A stretch of 64,000 nucleotides of DNA from Candidatus Doudnabacteria bacterium (GCA_963837465.1 CAWINB010000001.1:11915-75914); one strand, 5' to 3'; positions 33,139 to 43,542 are shown, numbered from the stretch's first letter. The notes: generated from the sequence alone by a model not told the origin. Translations and numbers: made by a program.

Positions 33139-33531
33139 GGAAAGGGAACTGTGAAAAGCCCGATTAAGTCGTTTACGGATTTGGATGCTTGGAAGGAAGG
33201 ACATAAATTGGTTTTGGAAATTTACGAACTTACAAAATCTTTTCCAAAAGAGGAAATGTTTGGCCTCACAAGCCAGATTCGGAGAGCTGTTGTTTCTATT
33301 ACTTCTAATATCGCGGAAGGTTTTAGCAGGCAAACTTATAAAGACAAGCTTCATTTTTACTGCATGTCCCTGGGTTCGCTGACAGAAGTCCAAAACCAAT
33401 TGCTGATAGCCCGCGACTTAAAATATATTCCTACTGAAGATTTTAATGCAACTTCTGAGCAAACAATAAAAGTAAGTAAAATCTTCAATGGTCTAATAAA
33501 GAGCACTAAGTCCCTAATTCATAACTCCTAA
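33124..33531 (+). CDS. four-helix-bundle protein (23S rRNA IVP / bAvd-like family)
   Basis: FTDLDAW, FPKEEMFGLTSQIRRAVVSITSNIAEG, GSLTEVQNQL. Confidence 0.92.
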   Translation: MNQELGKGTVKSPIKSFTDLDAWKEGHKLVLEIYELTKSFPKEEMFGLTSQIRRAVVSITSNIAEGFSRQTYKDKLHFYCMSLGSLTEVQNQLLIARDLKYIPTEDFNATSEQTIKVSKIFNGLIKSTKSLIHNS

Positions 33532-33542
33532 CTCATAATTCA
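33515..33542 (-). repeat. heptamer array TAATTCA/TAACTCC x4 (right flank, inverted)
   Basis: taattca taactcc taactca taattca. Confidence 0.8.
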
Positions 33543-33551
33543 TTCTCTCCC

Positions 33552-34568
33552 ATGCCAGGAATTAAAGAGCTCAAAACCAGAATAAAATCCATCGGCAGCA
33601 CGCGCAAGATTACACGCGCGATGCAGATGGTTAGTGCTGCCAAAATGCGCAGGGCCCAGCAGGCGGCTTTGAATTCGAGGACGTACGCGGAGCTGGCTTG
33701 GGAGTTGATTGGCAAGTTGACGGGTGGCGCTAACGGTGTCATTGCGAGGAGGAGTGCGTCCGACGACGAAGCAATCTCTCCGCCAGACGAAAAGATTGCT
33801 TCGGCTGCACTCGCAATGACAGACACGCCGTTACTCCTGCAATCCTTCCCCAAAGCCACCAAAACCGGCATTATCGTAATTACGACGAATACCGGTTTGG
33901 TCGGCGGGTTTAACAGTAATGTTTTAAATATTGCAAATAAAATACAAACAGCCGATGTTGTGGCCGAGCTGTTTGTCATGGGCCGTAAGGCCAAAGACTA
34001 TGCCGTGCGTTTTAATAAAAATTTAAAGGCGGATTTCCAAAAATATGACACGCGAATTAGCATAGAAGCTATTTACCCGCTGGCGAGAATGATTGAAGAT
34101 TTGTACGCGACAGGGGAGTATAAAAACATTTCCATAGTTTACAATAAATTTATTTCCACCTTGAGCCAGAAGCCGACGGTAAAGCAGTTGTTGCCGTTTC
34201 AGCAAGCTTCTTCGGGTGTCATAGCGAGGAGGAGCGCATCCGACGACGAAGCAATCTCATCTCAAGATAAAAAGATTGCGCCGGACGCGCTCGCAATGAC
34301 ACACAAGAGCGCCGACTACCTCTTTGAACCCACCCCCGCCTTCGTCTTAAACAGCCTCCTGCCCCGCATTATAGAATCCCAAATCTACCAAGCCGTGCTG
34401 GAAAGCGACGCCGGCGAACACTCCGCCCGCATGGTCACAATGAAAAACGCCACCGAAGCCGCGGGGGACCTGATTTCAGATTTGACATTAACCTACAATC
34501 AATTAAGACAAAACAAGATAACCACCGAGCTCGCGGAAATTACCGCGGGTAGGATCGCGTTGGAGTAA
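33552..34568 (+). CDS. atpG: ATP synthase subunit gamma with two in-frame palindromic insertions
   Basis: KITRAMQMVSAAK, RQNKITTELAEI. Confidence 0.96.
   Translation: MPGIKELKTRIKSIGSTRKITRAMQMVSAAKMRRAQQAALNSRTYAELAWELIGKLTGGANGVIARRSASDDEAISPPDEKIASAALAMTDTPLLLQSFPKATKTGIIVITTNTGLVGGFNSNVLNIANKIQTADVVAELFVMGRKAKDYAVRFNKNLKADFQKYDTRISIEAIYPLARMIEDLYATGEYKNISIVYNKFISTLSQKPTVKQLLPFQQASSGVIARRSASDDEAISSQDKKIAPDALAMTHKSADYLFEPTPAFVLNSLLPRIIESQIYQAVLESDAGEHSARMVTMKNATEAAGDLISDLTLTYNQLRQNKITTELAEITAGRIALE
33737..33821 (+). repeat. 85-bp coding palindrome in atpG (VIARRSASDDEAIS...IASAALAMT)
   Basis: TGTCATTGCGAG...CTCGCAATGACA. Confidence 0.92.
34217..34301 (+). repeat. second 85-bp coding palindrome in atpG
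   Basis: TGTCATAGCGAG...CTCGCAATGACA. Confidence 0.92.
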
Positions 34569-34875
34569 AATGGATATCTACCCAGAATTTGGATCACTGC
34601 TCGAGAGACAAGAAGCTTTAAATAGATTATACGCCCTCAGAGAAGCCCAGGAATCTTTTGAAAACTACGCGGATCCCAAATTAAAAGAATACAAATTGAG
34701 TTCCGGTATCGAAAACAATAGTTTTGACACCGTTACACAACTAAAATTTAGAATAGCTAACCAGACAGATCAGATAGAAAGATTAATTTCTTTATTTACC
34801 GGGGGCAAAGAAGGAGAAGCCACGGTGACAATTAATCAGCTTATTTCAAATCATTTGGAGATCATAGGTCAATAC

Positions 34876-36192
34876 CACTCGTGTCCGGTTAATTTTACCA
34901 TAATTGAGCCTGGTTCTGAGTTTGTGTGTTAGTTTCTGGTAACACAAACTCGGAAACCAGCTTAGCTAAAGGAGTTTTATCAAACATGGAAACACTTAAT
35001 ATCTGTAGAATTTCGTAAGAGTTGCGGTTAATGTTCAGCTTCTTTTTTAAAATGGCAACCAGCAGGTAAGCGCAGAGCGCGATACAAATTTGGGTCTTAA
35101 CCGCGTTCTCAGACCGGCCCCAGAAACTCTTAATGCTCAAATGCTGTTTAATCCATTTAAAAAATAATTCAATCTGCCATCTGTACTTGTAGAGCAGGGC
35201 CACAGTTCCCGCGGATAGATTAAAGTTATTAGTCAGAAACACGTAAGTGGAATTGGTTTCGGCATCGTGGTATTTAATCCGTCTCAGCTTTTCCGGATAA
35301 TCTTTAGCGGCATAGTAGTTACTTAGCCGGATTATTTGATCGCAGATGACACCGCTAGTTTTATCAACGGGGCCGGAATACAACCTTTTGTAGGCCATAT
35401 TGTCCTTGGCTCTGGTGACAAAGAACGCGTTGGCCTGATGAATTCTGTAAAGCCTTTCAAAGTCAATGTAGCCCCGATCCATAATGTAGTAAGCGCCGGC
35501 TTCGTAGACTAATAAATCCAGAAAGTCTAAATCATGGGTTTTTCCCGAGGAAATATGGAAAAAAGCCGGAATACTGCCTTTGAGTTCCATCGCCAGATGC
35601 AGTTTAACCGCCGCCCTTACTGTCTTGAGTTTCGCCCAGGGAAAAAGATTCAGACAAAGCTCAATGGTCGTGGAATCGATGACATAGACTGTGCCGCCAA
35701 GTTCCAGATTAAAAGTTTTGTCTGTTACATACAATTTTCTGGCCTCATTAATCAGCACTTGGGCGTAATCCCAATAAATGCGCCAGTCACGATGTTCGTT
35801 GGCATCGGCTAAAGTGGTACGGGTAACTGCCGAACAAAAACCTAAGTGGTAAAGTTTCTCATGCTGAGCGTTTAAGCAGACCACGATGTCACGCAAACTT
35901 TCTCTAAAGGATAGCTGGCCAAAGGCCATAGCCAGAAATTGTTCCCAGCAGGAGAAGTTTTTAACCCGATACTCGCCCCTGTACCTGGCAACACATTTAT
36001 TGAATTTGTAACGAACTACTTGTTCCATAATCTGTGAAAAAACATACTTTCCTTGGTTCATAAAGATAATCAAAGGTTAATTCCCTTAATTATCCCATAG
36101 CCCAAATTCAAATCGAAAAATATGTTTTTGTCAGATTACGGCTCAATTAAAATCATTTTAAACTTTTATTAAAAATTAACCGGACACGAGTG
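34876..36192 (-). mobile_element. IS4-family element, 1317 bp
   Basis: Perfect 21-bp TIR CACTCGTGTCCGGTTAATTTT; 10-bp TSD AGGTCAATAC. Confidence 0.95.
34895..36061 (-). CDS. IS4 DDE transposase
   Basis: IDSTTI, MDRGY, YKYRWQIELFFKWIKQ. Confidence 0.95.
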   Translation of the reverse strand: MNQGKYVFSQIMEQVVRYKFNKCVARYRGEYRVKNFSCWEQFLAMAFGQLSFRESLRDIVVCLNAQHEKLYHLGFCSAVTRTTLADANEHRDWRIYWDYAQVLINEARKLYVTDKTFNLELGGTVYVIDSTTIELCLNLFPWAKLKTVRAAVKLHLAMELKGSIPAFFHISSGKTHDLDFLDLLVYEAGAYYIMDRGYIDFERLYRIHQANAFFVTRAKDNMAYKRLYSGPVDKTSGVICDQIIRLSNYYAAKDYPEKLRRIKYHDAETNSTYVFLTNNFNLSAGTVALLYKYRWQIELFFKWIKQHLSIKSFWGRSENAVKTQICIALCAYLLVAILKKKLNINRNSYEILQILSVSMFDKTPLAKLVSEFVLPETNTQTQNQAQLW

Positions 36193-36234
36193 AGGTCAAT
36201 ACAATAGAATTTTTAGTGACAAGTATACAACTAA

Positions 36235-37698
<1,464 letters not shown>

Positions 37699-37785
37699 TA
37701 GCGGCTAGCGTTTAGTGATTAGCGTTTAGCGTTTAGAAGCCGCTATGCTAAACGCTAAACGCTATACGCTAAACCCTAATCACCT
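37699..37785. repeat. empty inverted heptamer array (TAGCGTT)n/(AACGCTA)n
   Basis: About 5 units per arm filling the atpD-atpC gap. Confidence 0.88.
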
Positions 37786-38235
37786 ATGACCCTAGATTTT
37801 CAACTCGTTACCCCCGAAAAAACCGTTTTGTCCCAAGAACTGGTGTCTTTAACCTGCCCGACCAACCTTGGCTACATTACTATTTTACCAGGCCATGAGC
37901 CTCTAGTGGCGACTTTGGCGCCAGGGGAAATCCATACAAGGTCATCTGCCGGACAAGACTCTTATATTTTTGTTTCCGGCGGATTTGCGCAGGTAAACCC
38001 CGGCAGCCAGGTTATTGTATTGGCCGATCAGGCCGAGCACCATTACGAAATAGACGAACAAAAGGCCGAGGAGGCAAAGCAGAAGGCGCAAAAGGAGCTG
38101 GCCGAGCGCGGAATGTCTTCGGAAGAATACGCTTCGGTTTCAGCCTCACTTGAAAAAAGTCTGGCGAGGCTGGATGTAAAGCGCAGGCGTTCCGGCCGGC
38201 GCTCTCAGATAATCCAGCCGGATAATTTGGAATAA
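37786..38235 (+). CDS. atpC: ATP synthase subunit epsilon
   Basis: LVTPE, ILPGHEPL, VSGGF. Confidence 0.95.
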   Translation: MTLDFQLVTPEKTVLSQELVSLTCPTNLGYITILPGHEPLVATLAPGEIHTRSSAGQDSYIFVSGGFAQVNPGSQVIVLADQAEHHYEIDEQKAEEAKQKAQKELAERGMSSEEYASVSASLEKSLARLDVKRRRSGRRSQIIQPDNLE

Positions 38236-38279
38236 TAACCGCAAGGAACGGCGATAAGCCGCTCCTTTTAACTTCAAGC

Positions 38280-38990
38280 ATGGAAATGCCGTACCGCCCC
38301 AAATCTTTTTTGGAAAAATTTGGATTTAAAGTTTATGATTTGCTTGTGGACAACTTTCCGCGAACTTTTTTTGTCGGCGGCACGGCGCGAGACATATTGC
38401 TTAAAAGAAAAGTAACTGATATTGACATTGCCACCGCTGCCGCTCCGGATGAAGTCCTTAACATACTAAAGTCGGCGGGCCTGAAAACCGGCCTTAACGG
38501 AAGACCGTTTGGGGTCATTGCGGCGGAAAAGGGGGCCATGACGGTTGAAGTCGCGTCTTTCAGGACCGAAGCTTACCGGGGGTCCCGTTATCCTGAAATT
38601 CGCTTTATAACAAACCCAAAGGTTGACAGCAAACGTCGGGACTTAACGGTTAATTCCTTATATTTTAGCCCGAAATTAAATAAAATATTGGATTTCCACG
38701 GCGGCCAAAACGACTTAAAATCAAACAGGCTAAAATTTATAGGGGATCCCGTCAAGCGGATAAAAGAGGATCCCCTGCGTATTATCCGGACGCTCAGGTT
38801 TTCTTTGTCGCTTGATTTTAAAATTGACGCCGGAAGCTTTAAGGCAATAAAAAAGAATATGGGTTTGTTGAAAAATATTTCGGAAAATAAAAAACTCGGC
38901 GAAATAAATAAGTTAAAAAATAAAAGGCAAAAATTAATTTTGGAACGGATTATCAGCGACCCTTTATTGCTTGACAAATATTTTAAATAG
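38280..38990 (+). CDS. class II CCA/poly(A) nucleotidyltransferase, short form
   Basis: VGGTARD, DIDIAT, RRDLTVN, EDPLRIIR. Confidence 0.88.
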   Translation: MEMPYRPKSFLEKFGFKVYDLLVDNFPRTFFVGGTARDILLKRKVTDIDIATAAAPDEVLNILKSAGLKTGLNGRPFGVIAAEKGAMTVEVASFRTEAYRGSRYPEIRFITNPKVDSKRRDLTVNSLYFSPKLNKILDFHGGQNDLKSNRLKFIGDPVKRIKEDPLRIIRTLRFSLSLDFKIDAGSFKAIKKNMGLLKNISENKKLGEINKLKNKRQKLILERIISDPLLLDKYFK

Positions 38991-38999
38991 CCGTAAAAT
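38971..38999 (+). promoter_or_regulatory. sigma70 promoter
   Basis: TTGACA-17-TAAAAT. Confidence 0.7.
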
Positions 39000-39173
39000 A
39001 AAAGCAGATAAAAATATTGTCTTTAAAAAAATAAAGGCGCGCGGATATCGGAAACGAAAATTAAACAAGACAGGAAGAAAAGTATTACCTAACTACCTCT
39101 CCGTTAAAAACGGAAAGTAGAAAATTAAGAAAGCTTGGCCAAAATTCAGTCGGGCTTTCAGGAGATTAGCCCA

Positions 39174-39242
39174 ATGGCTATGAAGAAAAAGAAAAAGGTT
39201 GTAAAAAAGAAAAAAGGCGGCGCGAAAAATAAGAAGAGATAG
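39174..39242 (+). CDS. 22-aa Lys-rich peptide MAMKKKKKVVKKKKGGAKNKKR
   Basis: AGGAGA RBS, own promoter and terminator. Confidence 0.55.
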   Translation: MAMKKKKKVVKKKKGGAKNKKR

Positions 39243-39272
39243 TCGCCTCCAACCTTTTCCGCTAAACACGGA

Positions 39273-39309
39273 AACAAAACCATCCTCAAAATTAGGATGG
39301 TTTTGTTTT
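39273..39309 (+). terminator. intrinsic terminator
   Basis: aaacaaaaccatcct-caaaatt-aggatggttttgttt. Confidence 0.75.
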
Positions 39310-39327
39310 AGGCCTGTTCTGAAAAGC

Positions 39328-39356
39328 TTGCTTTTTTACATTAGTTTTTGTATAAT
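39328..39356 (+). promoter_or_regulatory. tRNA cluster promoter
   Basis: TTGCTT-17-TATAAT. Confidence 0.65.
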
Positions 39357-39373
39357 ATAAAAGGTTTAAATAT

Positions 39374-39449
39374 CGCGGGATAGAGCAATTGGCAGCTCGC
39401 AAGGCTCATAACCTTGAGGTTCCCGGTTCGAGTCCGGGTCCCGCAACCA
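39374..39449 (+). tRNA. initiator tRNA-fMet(CAT)
   Basis: C1:A72 mismatch, CTCATAA loop, encoded CCA. Confidence 0.92.
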
Positions 39450-39583
39450 AGCTAGTTTTGTATAAGCATAGAAAATTAGCTTGGTTAAAACCTGAAAATC
39501 GTGACAGATTTTGTGGCTCTCTGTCCGAGAGCTTTTTGCTTGCCTGATAACCTGTTAAAAGCCGACGGTCGGCTAAATCATCT

Positions 39584-39660
39584 GCCGGGGTAGCTCAGTT
39601 AGTTAGAGCGTGGGACTCATAAGCCCAAGGTCAGAGGTGCAATTCCTCTCCTCGGCACCA
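39584..39660 (+). tRNA. tRNA-Met(CAT) elongator (Ile2 not excluded)
   Basis: Cloverleaf, CTCATAA loop, CCA. Confidence 0.88.
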
Positions 39661-39666
39661 AAAATT

Positions 39667-39734
39667 AGTTAAAAGTTGAAAGTGTAAAGTCAAAAGTCGC
39701 GATACTTTTAACTTTCAACTCCTAAATTTAAACT
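39667..39734. repeat. empty inverted heptamer array (AGTTAAA-like / TTTAACT-like) between tRNAs
   Basis: agttaaa agttgaa agtgtaa agtcaaa ... tttaact ttcaact cctaaat ttaaact. Confidence 0.72.
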
Positions 39735-39739
39735 TACAC

Positions 39740-39816
39740 GGACTGGTAGCTCAGTTGGTTAGAGCGCTCCCCTGTCACGGGAGAGGTCGCGGGTTCGAGT
39801 CCCGTTCAGTCCGCCA
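39740..39816 (+). tRNA. tRNA-Asp(GTC)
   Basis: Cloverleaf, CTGTCAC loop, G73-CCA. Confidence 0.93.
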
Positions 39817-40029
39817 TCGTAAAAATTTCCACTTTTAACCAGTCTGTCAAAGGGCTGGTTTAGTGTTAAACTGAGGACTTGTTGTCTTCTATAGTAAAGT
39901 TCAATTTGCCCCAATCTGGAGAAAATTGCCGTAATTTCGCCGGAAGATTATTTTAAAAGACGACTATCCCTTGACAGCAGGTATTATATCTGCTAATATT
40001 ACTGTATAACCAGTAAATAAAGGGATTTT

Positions 40030-40899
40030 ATGACAAAATACACAATAAAGGATTTTAATAAGCAGTTTCCTAACGATAACGCCTGTTTAGAGAATATGTT
40101 TCTGTCTAGGTATGAGGGAAAGACGTGTCCGTTCTGCAATAAGCAAACTAACTTTTATAAACTTACTAACCGCAAGGCGTATTGTTGCCAAAATTGCGGC
40201 GATAGTATTTATCCTTTGGCTAATACCATTTTCCATAAATCTGAAACTTCTTTAAAGTCTTGGTATTACGCAATTTTCTTAATGAGCCAGTCTAGGAACG
40301 GCGTATCAGCTATGGAATTACAGAGGCACTTGGGCGTAACTTACAAGACGGCTTGGAGAATGGGAAAGCAAATCAGAATTTTAATGTCGCAGGAAAATGC
40401 AAAACTTAAAGGGACTGTTGAGGCTGATGAAACTTATGTCGGCGGTAAAGGCAAAAATAACAAGCGTGGCCGTGGAGCTGAACATAAGACAGCGGTATTC
40501 GGAATGGTAGAGCGTAAAGGATCTGTAGTTAGTAAGGTAGTGGAAAATGTTAAATCTTCAACTGTAATGCCGATTATGCGGTCTAGCGTGGCTTTAGGTA
40601 GTAATGTAATGACTGATGAGTTTCCTATTTACAACAGCGTTAGGAAAAGCGGTTACAATCACGGCGTAGTCAATCACGGGCAGAAACAATATGTTATCGG
40701 TAGCAAGCACACTAACACTATTGAGGGCTTTTGGTCGCAGTTAAAGCGAAGTATTGACGGCACTTATCACGCTGTTAGTCCGAAGTATTTGCAGTCTTAT
40801 GTGAACGAGTTTGTTTATCGGTATAATCAGCGTCTTGGTCTTTCCCCTTTGTTTTCGGTTCTGCTTGGACGGGTTGCGAAGCTCGCTTCAGCAGATTAA
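40030..40899 (+). CDS. IS1595 transposase
   Basis: CPFC...CCQNC Zn ribbon, VEADETY, MTDE, HTNTIEGFWSQLKR. Confidence 0.95.
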   Translation: MTKYTIKDFNKQFPNDNACLENMFLSRYEGKTCPFCNKQTNFYKLTNRKAYCCQNCGDSIYPLANTIFHKSETSLKSWYYAIFLMSQSRNGVSAMELQRHLGVTYKTAWRMGKQIRILMSQENAKLKGTVEADETYVGGKGKNNKRGRGAEHKTAVFGMVERKGSVVSKVVENVKSSTVMPIMRSSVALGSNVMTDEFPIYNSVRKSGYNHGVVNHGQKQYVIGSKHTNTIEGFWSQLKRSIDGTYHAVSPKYLQSYVNEFVYRYNQRLGLSPLFSVLLGRVAKLASAD

Positions 40900-40922
40900 A
40901 GAAGTGATTTTTATCGGTTATG

Positions 40923-41162
40923 TTATTTTGATTTTTGATCATTTAATTGAATTGTTTGTAATTGTATAAGGCTATCTATCTTTGCATTTTCTATCGTTAC
41001 TTGTTGAACTAAATTATTGCTAGTTGTAGTAATAAATTGAATATAGGCAAATATTAATCCTAGTAAAGCTAAGCCCATTACGATTACTACACCGAACAGA
41101 AATCTATAAAGTCTTTCTATTTCTGCTACTTGGCCTGTATTTGATAAATTTTCTTTAGCCAT
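40923..41162 (-). CDS. IS passenger: single-TM hypothetical protein
   Basis: 79-aa ORF inside the TIRs. Confidence 0.65.
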   Translation of the reverse strand: MAKENLSNTGQVAEIERLYRFLFGVVIVMGLALLGLIFAYIQFITTTSNNLVQQVTIENAKIDSLIQLQTIQLNDQKSK

Positions 41163-41173
41163 TATTTTATTCT

Positions 41174-41518
41174 CTATAAGGGGAAACCAGACAAATTAGA
41201 AAATTTTTCAAATTCTGAAATAGGAAAAATCTTAATTTCTTTTGTTCTAGTATTTATAAATCCTTTTAAGATAACTCCAGAATTTTGATAAAAATTAGCG
41301 TTTGATTTATTGTGATAGTCTACCATCATTAATGCCAAAGTCCCCTCTACCTCATCCCAAGTATCAGGCTTTGAAGATGAAGCAGACAAGCTCTTATGCA
41401 AAGCCGCACTTTCACCATTTAGCTCGATAATTTTCACATCAATTTTAGCTTGGTCTATCATAGATATTCCCATTATACCACAAAACCATCGCCACAATCT
41501 TTTAAACATTAATTCCAC
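41174..41518 (-). CDS. IS passenger: hypothetical protein
   Basis: ORF inside the TIRs; start uncertain. Confidence 0.6.
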   Translation of the reverse strand: MELMFKRLWRWFCGIMGISMIDQAKIDVKIIELNGESAALHKSLSASSSKPDTWDEVEGTLALMMVDYHNKSNANFYQNSGVILKGFINTRTKEIKIFPISEFEKFSNLSGFPL

Positions 41519-41780
41519 CCCCTCTCATTGTAGCGGGCAAAACACCTGCTGTCAAGGGATAGTCGCCTTTTAAAAATAGGTTACAAATAGTTTGAGAAAA
41601 ACGGGGCAGCTCGATGTTCAATATAGCTGGCTTTTCCCGAAAATCAGCAAAATGGTATAATAAAAGCAGAGATTTATATACACTATTGCCCTGAATCTGA
41701 AGATTCGATCCCCGCGGAATTGCGCCAGGCAACTGATTAACGAAAGGTATTATTTAAGAACCCATTTTAAAAATAGTCTT

Positions 41781-42089
41781 ATGAGCAGTAAAAAAATTCC
41801 CGCGGGAACAGCGCATAAGTTACCGCCCGATTTAAAGAAGACTCTTGCTTCCGACAAGCAGGCTTTGGCGGCGTGGCGGGGTTTGACGCCTTTGGCGCGC
41901 AATGAGTGGATCTGCTGGGTTACGTTCGTCAAAAAGGCGGAGACCAGAAAGCAACATGTACACAGAGTGCGAACCGAGCTTAAAGAAGGCATGAGGAGGC
42001 CGTGCTGCTGGCTGGGCTGTATGCATCGAAAAGATAAAGCAATAAGCCCTTCTGTGCAATATGCGCTGGACAGGCGATCTAAAAAATAA
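41781..42089 (+). CDS. YdeI/OmpD-associated family protein
   Basis: LTPLARNEWICWV...ETR...RRPCCW.GC.HR. Confidence 0.85.
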   Translation: MSSKKIPAGTAHKLPPDLKKTLASDKQALAAWRGLTPLARNEWICWVTFVKKAETRKQHVHRVRTELKEGMRRPCCWLGCMHRKDKAISPSVQYALDRRSKK

Positions 42090-42110
42090 CGTGTTCCAAA
42101 CTCATGTGGC

Positions 42111-42539
42111 ATGAAAATTAATTCCTCTCTCAAACAGCTTCAGCCGTTTATCGGCGAATGGGACACGGCGCTCTCAAATGCGTCTTTCCTTCCCGATCCG
42201 CAAACTGTTGTCCATGGACGGGTTGCGTTTGAATGGATTGAAGACGGGGCGTATTTTGTCATGCGCCAAGGCAAGGAAGCCACATGGCTTATCAGCCGCG
42301 ACGAAAAGGCCGGGGATTTTACCATCCTTTATTTTGACGCCCGCGGCGTCTCCAGGGTCTATGAAATGAGCTTAAAAAATAACGTTTGGAAAATATGGCG
42401 CAATTCAAAGGGTTTCTCGCAGCGATACTCAGGCAGAGCGAGTAAAGACAAAAAGACGATCATCGCCCATTGGGAAAAATCGTTTGACGGCAGGAAATGG
42501 GAACACGATTTCGATATGAAATTCACAAAATTGAAATAA
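42111..42539 (+). CDS. hypothetical beta-barrel protein
   Basis: YFDARGVSRVYEM, WEKSFDG..WEHDF. Confidence 0.7.
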   Translation: MKINSSLKQLQPFIGEWDTALSNASFLPDPQTVVHGRVAFEWIEDGAYFVMRQGKEATWLISRDEKAGDFTILYFDARGVSRVYEMSLKNNVWKIWRNSKGFSQRYSGRASKDKKTIIAHWEKSFDGRKWEHDFDMKFTKLK

Positions 42540-42560
42540 CAGGCAATTGATTATAAAACC

Positions 42561-43532
42561 ATGCCTTTAATAGACATAAAAAATCTGACAAAAAAATTCG
42601 ATGATTTTACCGCCGTGGATAATCTGTCTTTGGAAATAAGCGAGGGGGAAATTTTTGGGCTTTTGGGCCCGAATGGAGCGGGAAAAACGACCACGCTTTC
42701 CATGCTGGCCACTCTTTTGCCGCCAACCAGCGGCAGCGCGGTAATTAACGGTTTTGACGTTATAAAGCATCCGACGCAGGTCCGGCGATGCGTCGGGTTT
42801 GTTTTTCAGGACCCAAGCTCGGACGATCTTTTAACGGGGAGAGAAAATCTTTATCTTCACGCCTTAATGTACGGGGTCAAGCCCGGCGGGATTAACAAAA
42901 AAATCGAAGAAGGGCTTAAACTGGTTGATTTGACGGACAAGCAAAACGTAAGAATGAGAAAGTATTCGGGCGGCATGCGCAGAAGGCTTGAGCTCGCCAG
43001 AGGTTTTTTGCACAGCCCGAAAATATTATTTTTGGACGAACCGACGGTGGGTCTAGACCCCCAGACCAGGGAAAATCTTTGGGCGTATATTAAAAAACTG
43101 TCGGCGGAAAATAAAATAACCATCATCTTAACCACTCATTATATGGAAGAAGCCGACAAGCTGTGCGACCGGATAGCCATAATCGACCACGGCAAAGTAA
43201 TAGCGTTAGATACTCCGGCTGACTTTAAAAAAAGTCTCGGCGGTGACTTGGTGACTATAAAAACCAAAAATCCGGAAATATCCGAGCTGGAAAAAATGGA
43301 TTATATCAAACGCGCGCGGTTTAAAGATGGTTTACTTAACCTGACTGTCAACGACGCTAGCTCCCACTTGCAGAAAATTTTGGAAAAAGTCGGCCAGGCG
43401 GAAGATGTTGAACTCCATTCGCCGACATTGCACGATGTATTTTTAAAATTAACGGGCAGGCAAATCAGGGAAGGTACGGAAGAAGCGGAAGGCGGCTGGA
43501 TGACCAGATCTATGCGTTCGGGAAATAAATAA
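42561..43532 (+). CDS. DrrA-like ABC ATPase
   Basis: GPNGAGKTT, YSGGM, LFLDEPT. Confidence 0.93.
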   Translation: MPLIDIKNLTKKFDDFTAVDNLSLEISEGEIFGLLGPNGAGKTTTLSMLATLLPPTSGSAVINGFDVIKHPTQVRRCVGFVFQDPSSDDLLTGRENLYLHALMYGVKPGGINKKIEEGLKLVDLTDKQNVRMRKYSGGMRRRLELARGFLHSPKILFLDEPTVGLDPQTRENLWAYIKKLSAENKITIILTTHYMEEADKLCDRIAIIDHGKVIALDTPADFKKSLGGDLVTIKTKNPEISELEKMDYIKRARFKDGLLNLTVNDASSHLQKILEKVGQAEDVELHSPTLHDVFLKLTGRQIREGTEEAEGGWMTRSMRSGNK

Positions 43533-43542
43533 TTTTTAAAAC

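Larger units (their letters stand above)
39959..41567 (+). mobile_element. IS1595-family element with two passenger genes, 1609 bp
   Basis: 24-bp TIR G(A/G)CGACTATCCCTTGACAGCAGGT with 1 mismatch; 8-bp TSD TTTTAAAA. Confidence 0.92.

Noticed and set aside
33124-33531. Diversity-generating retroelement (Avd-like gene)
   Set aside because: No reverse transcriptase and no TR/VR pair with adenine-specific mismatches in the window.
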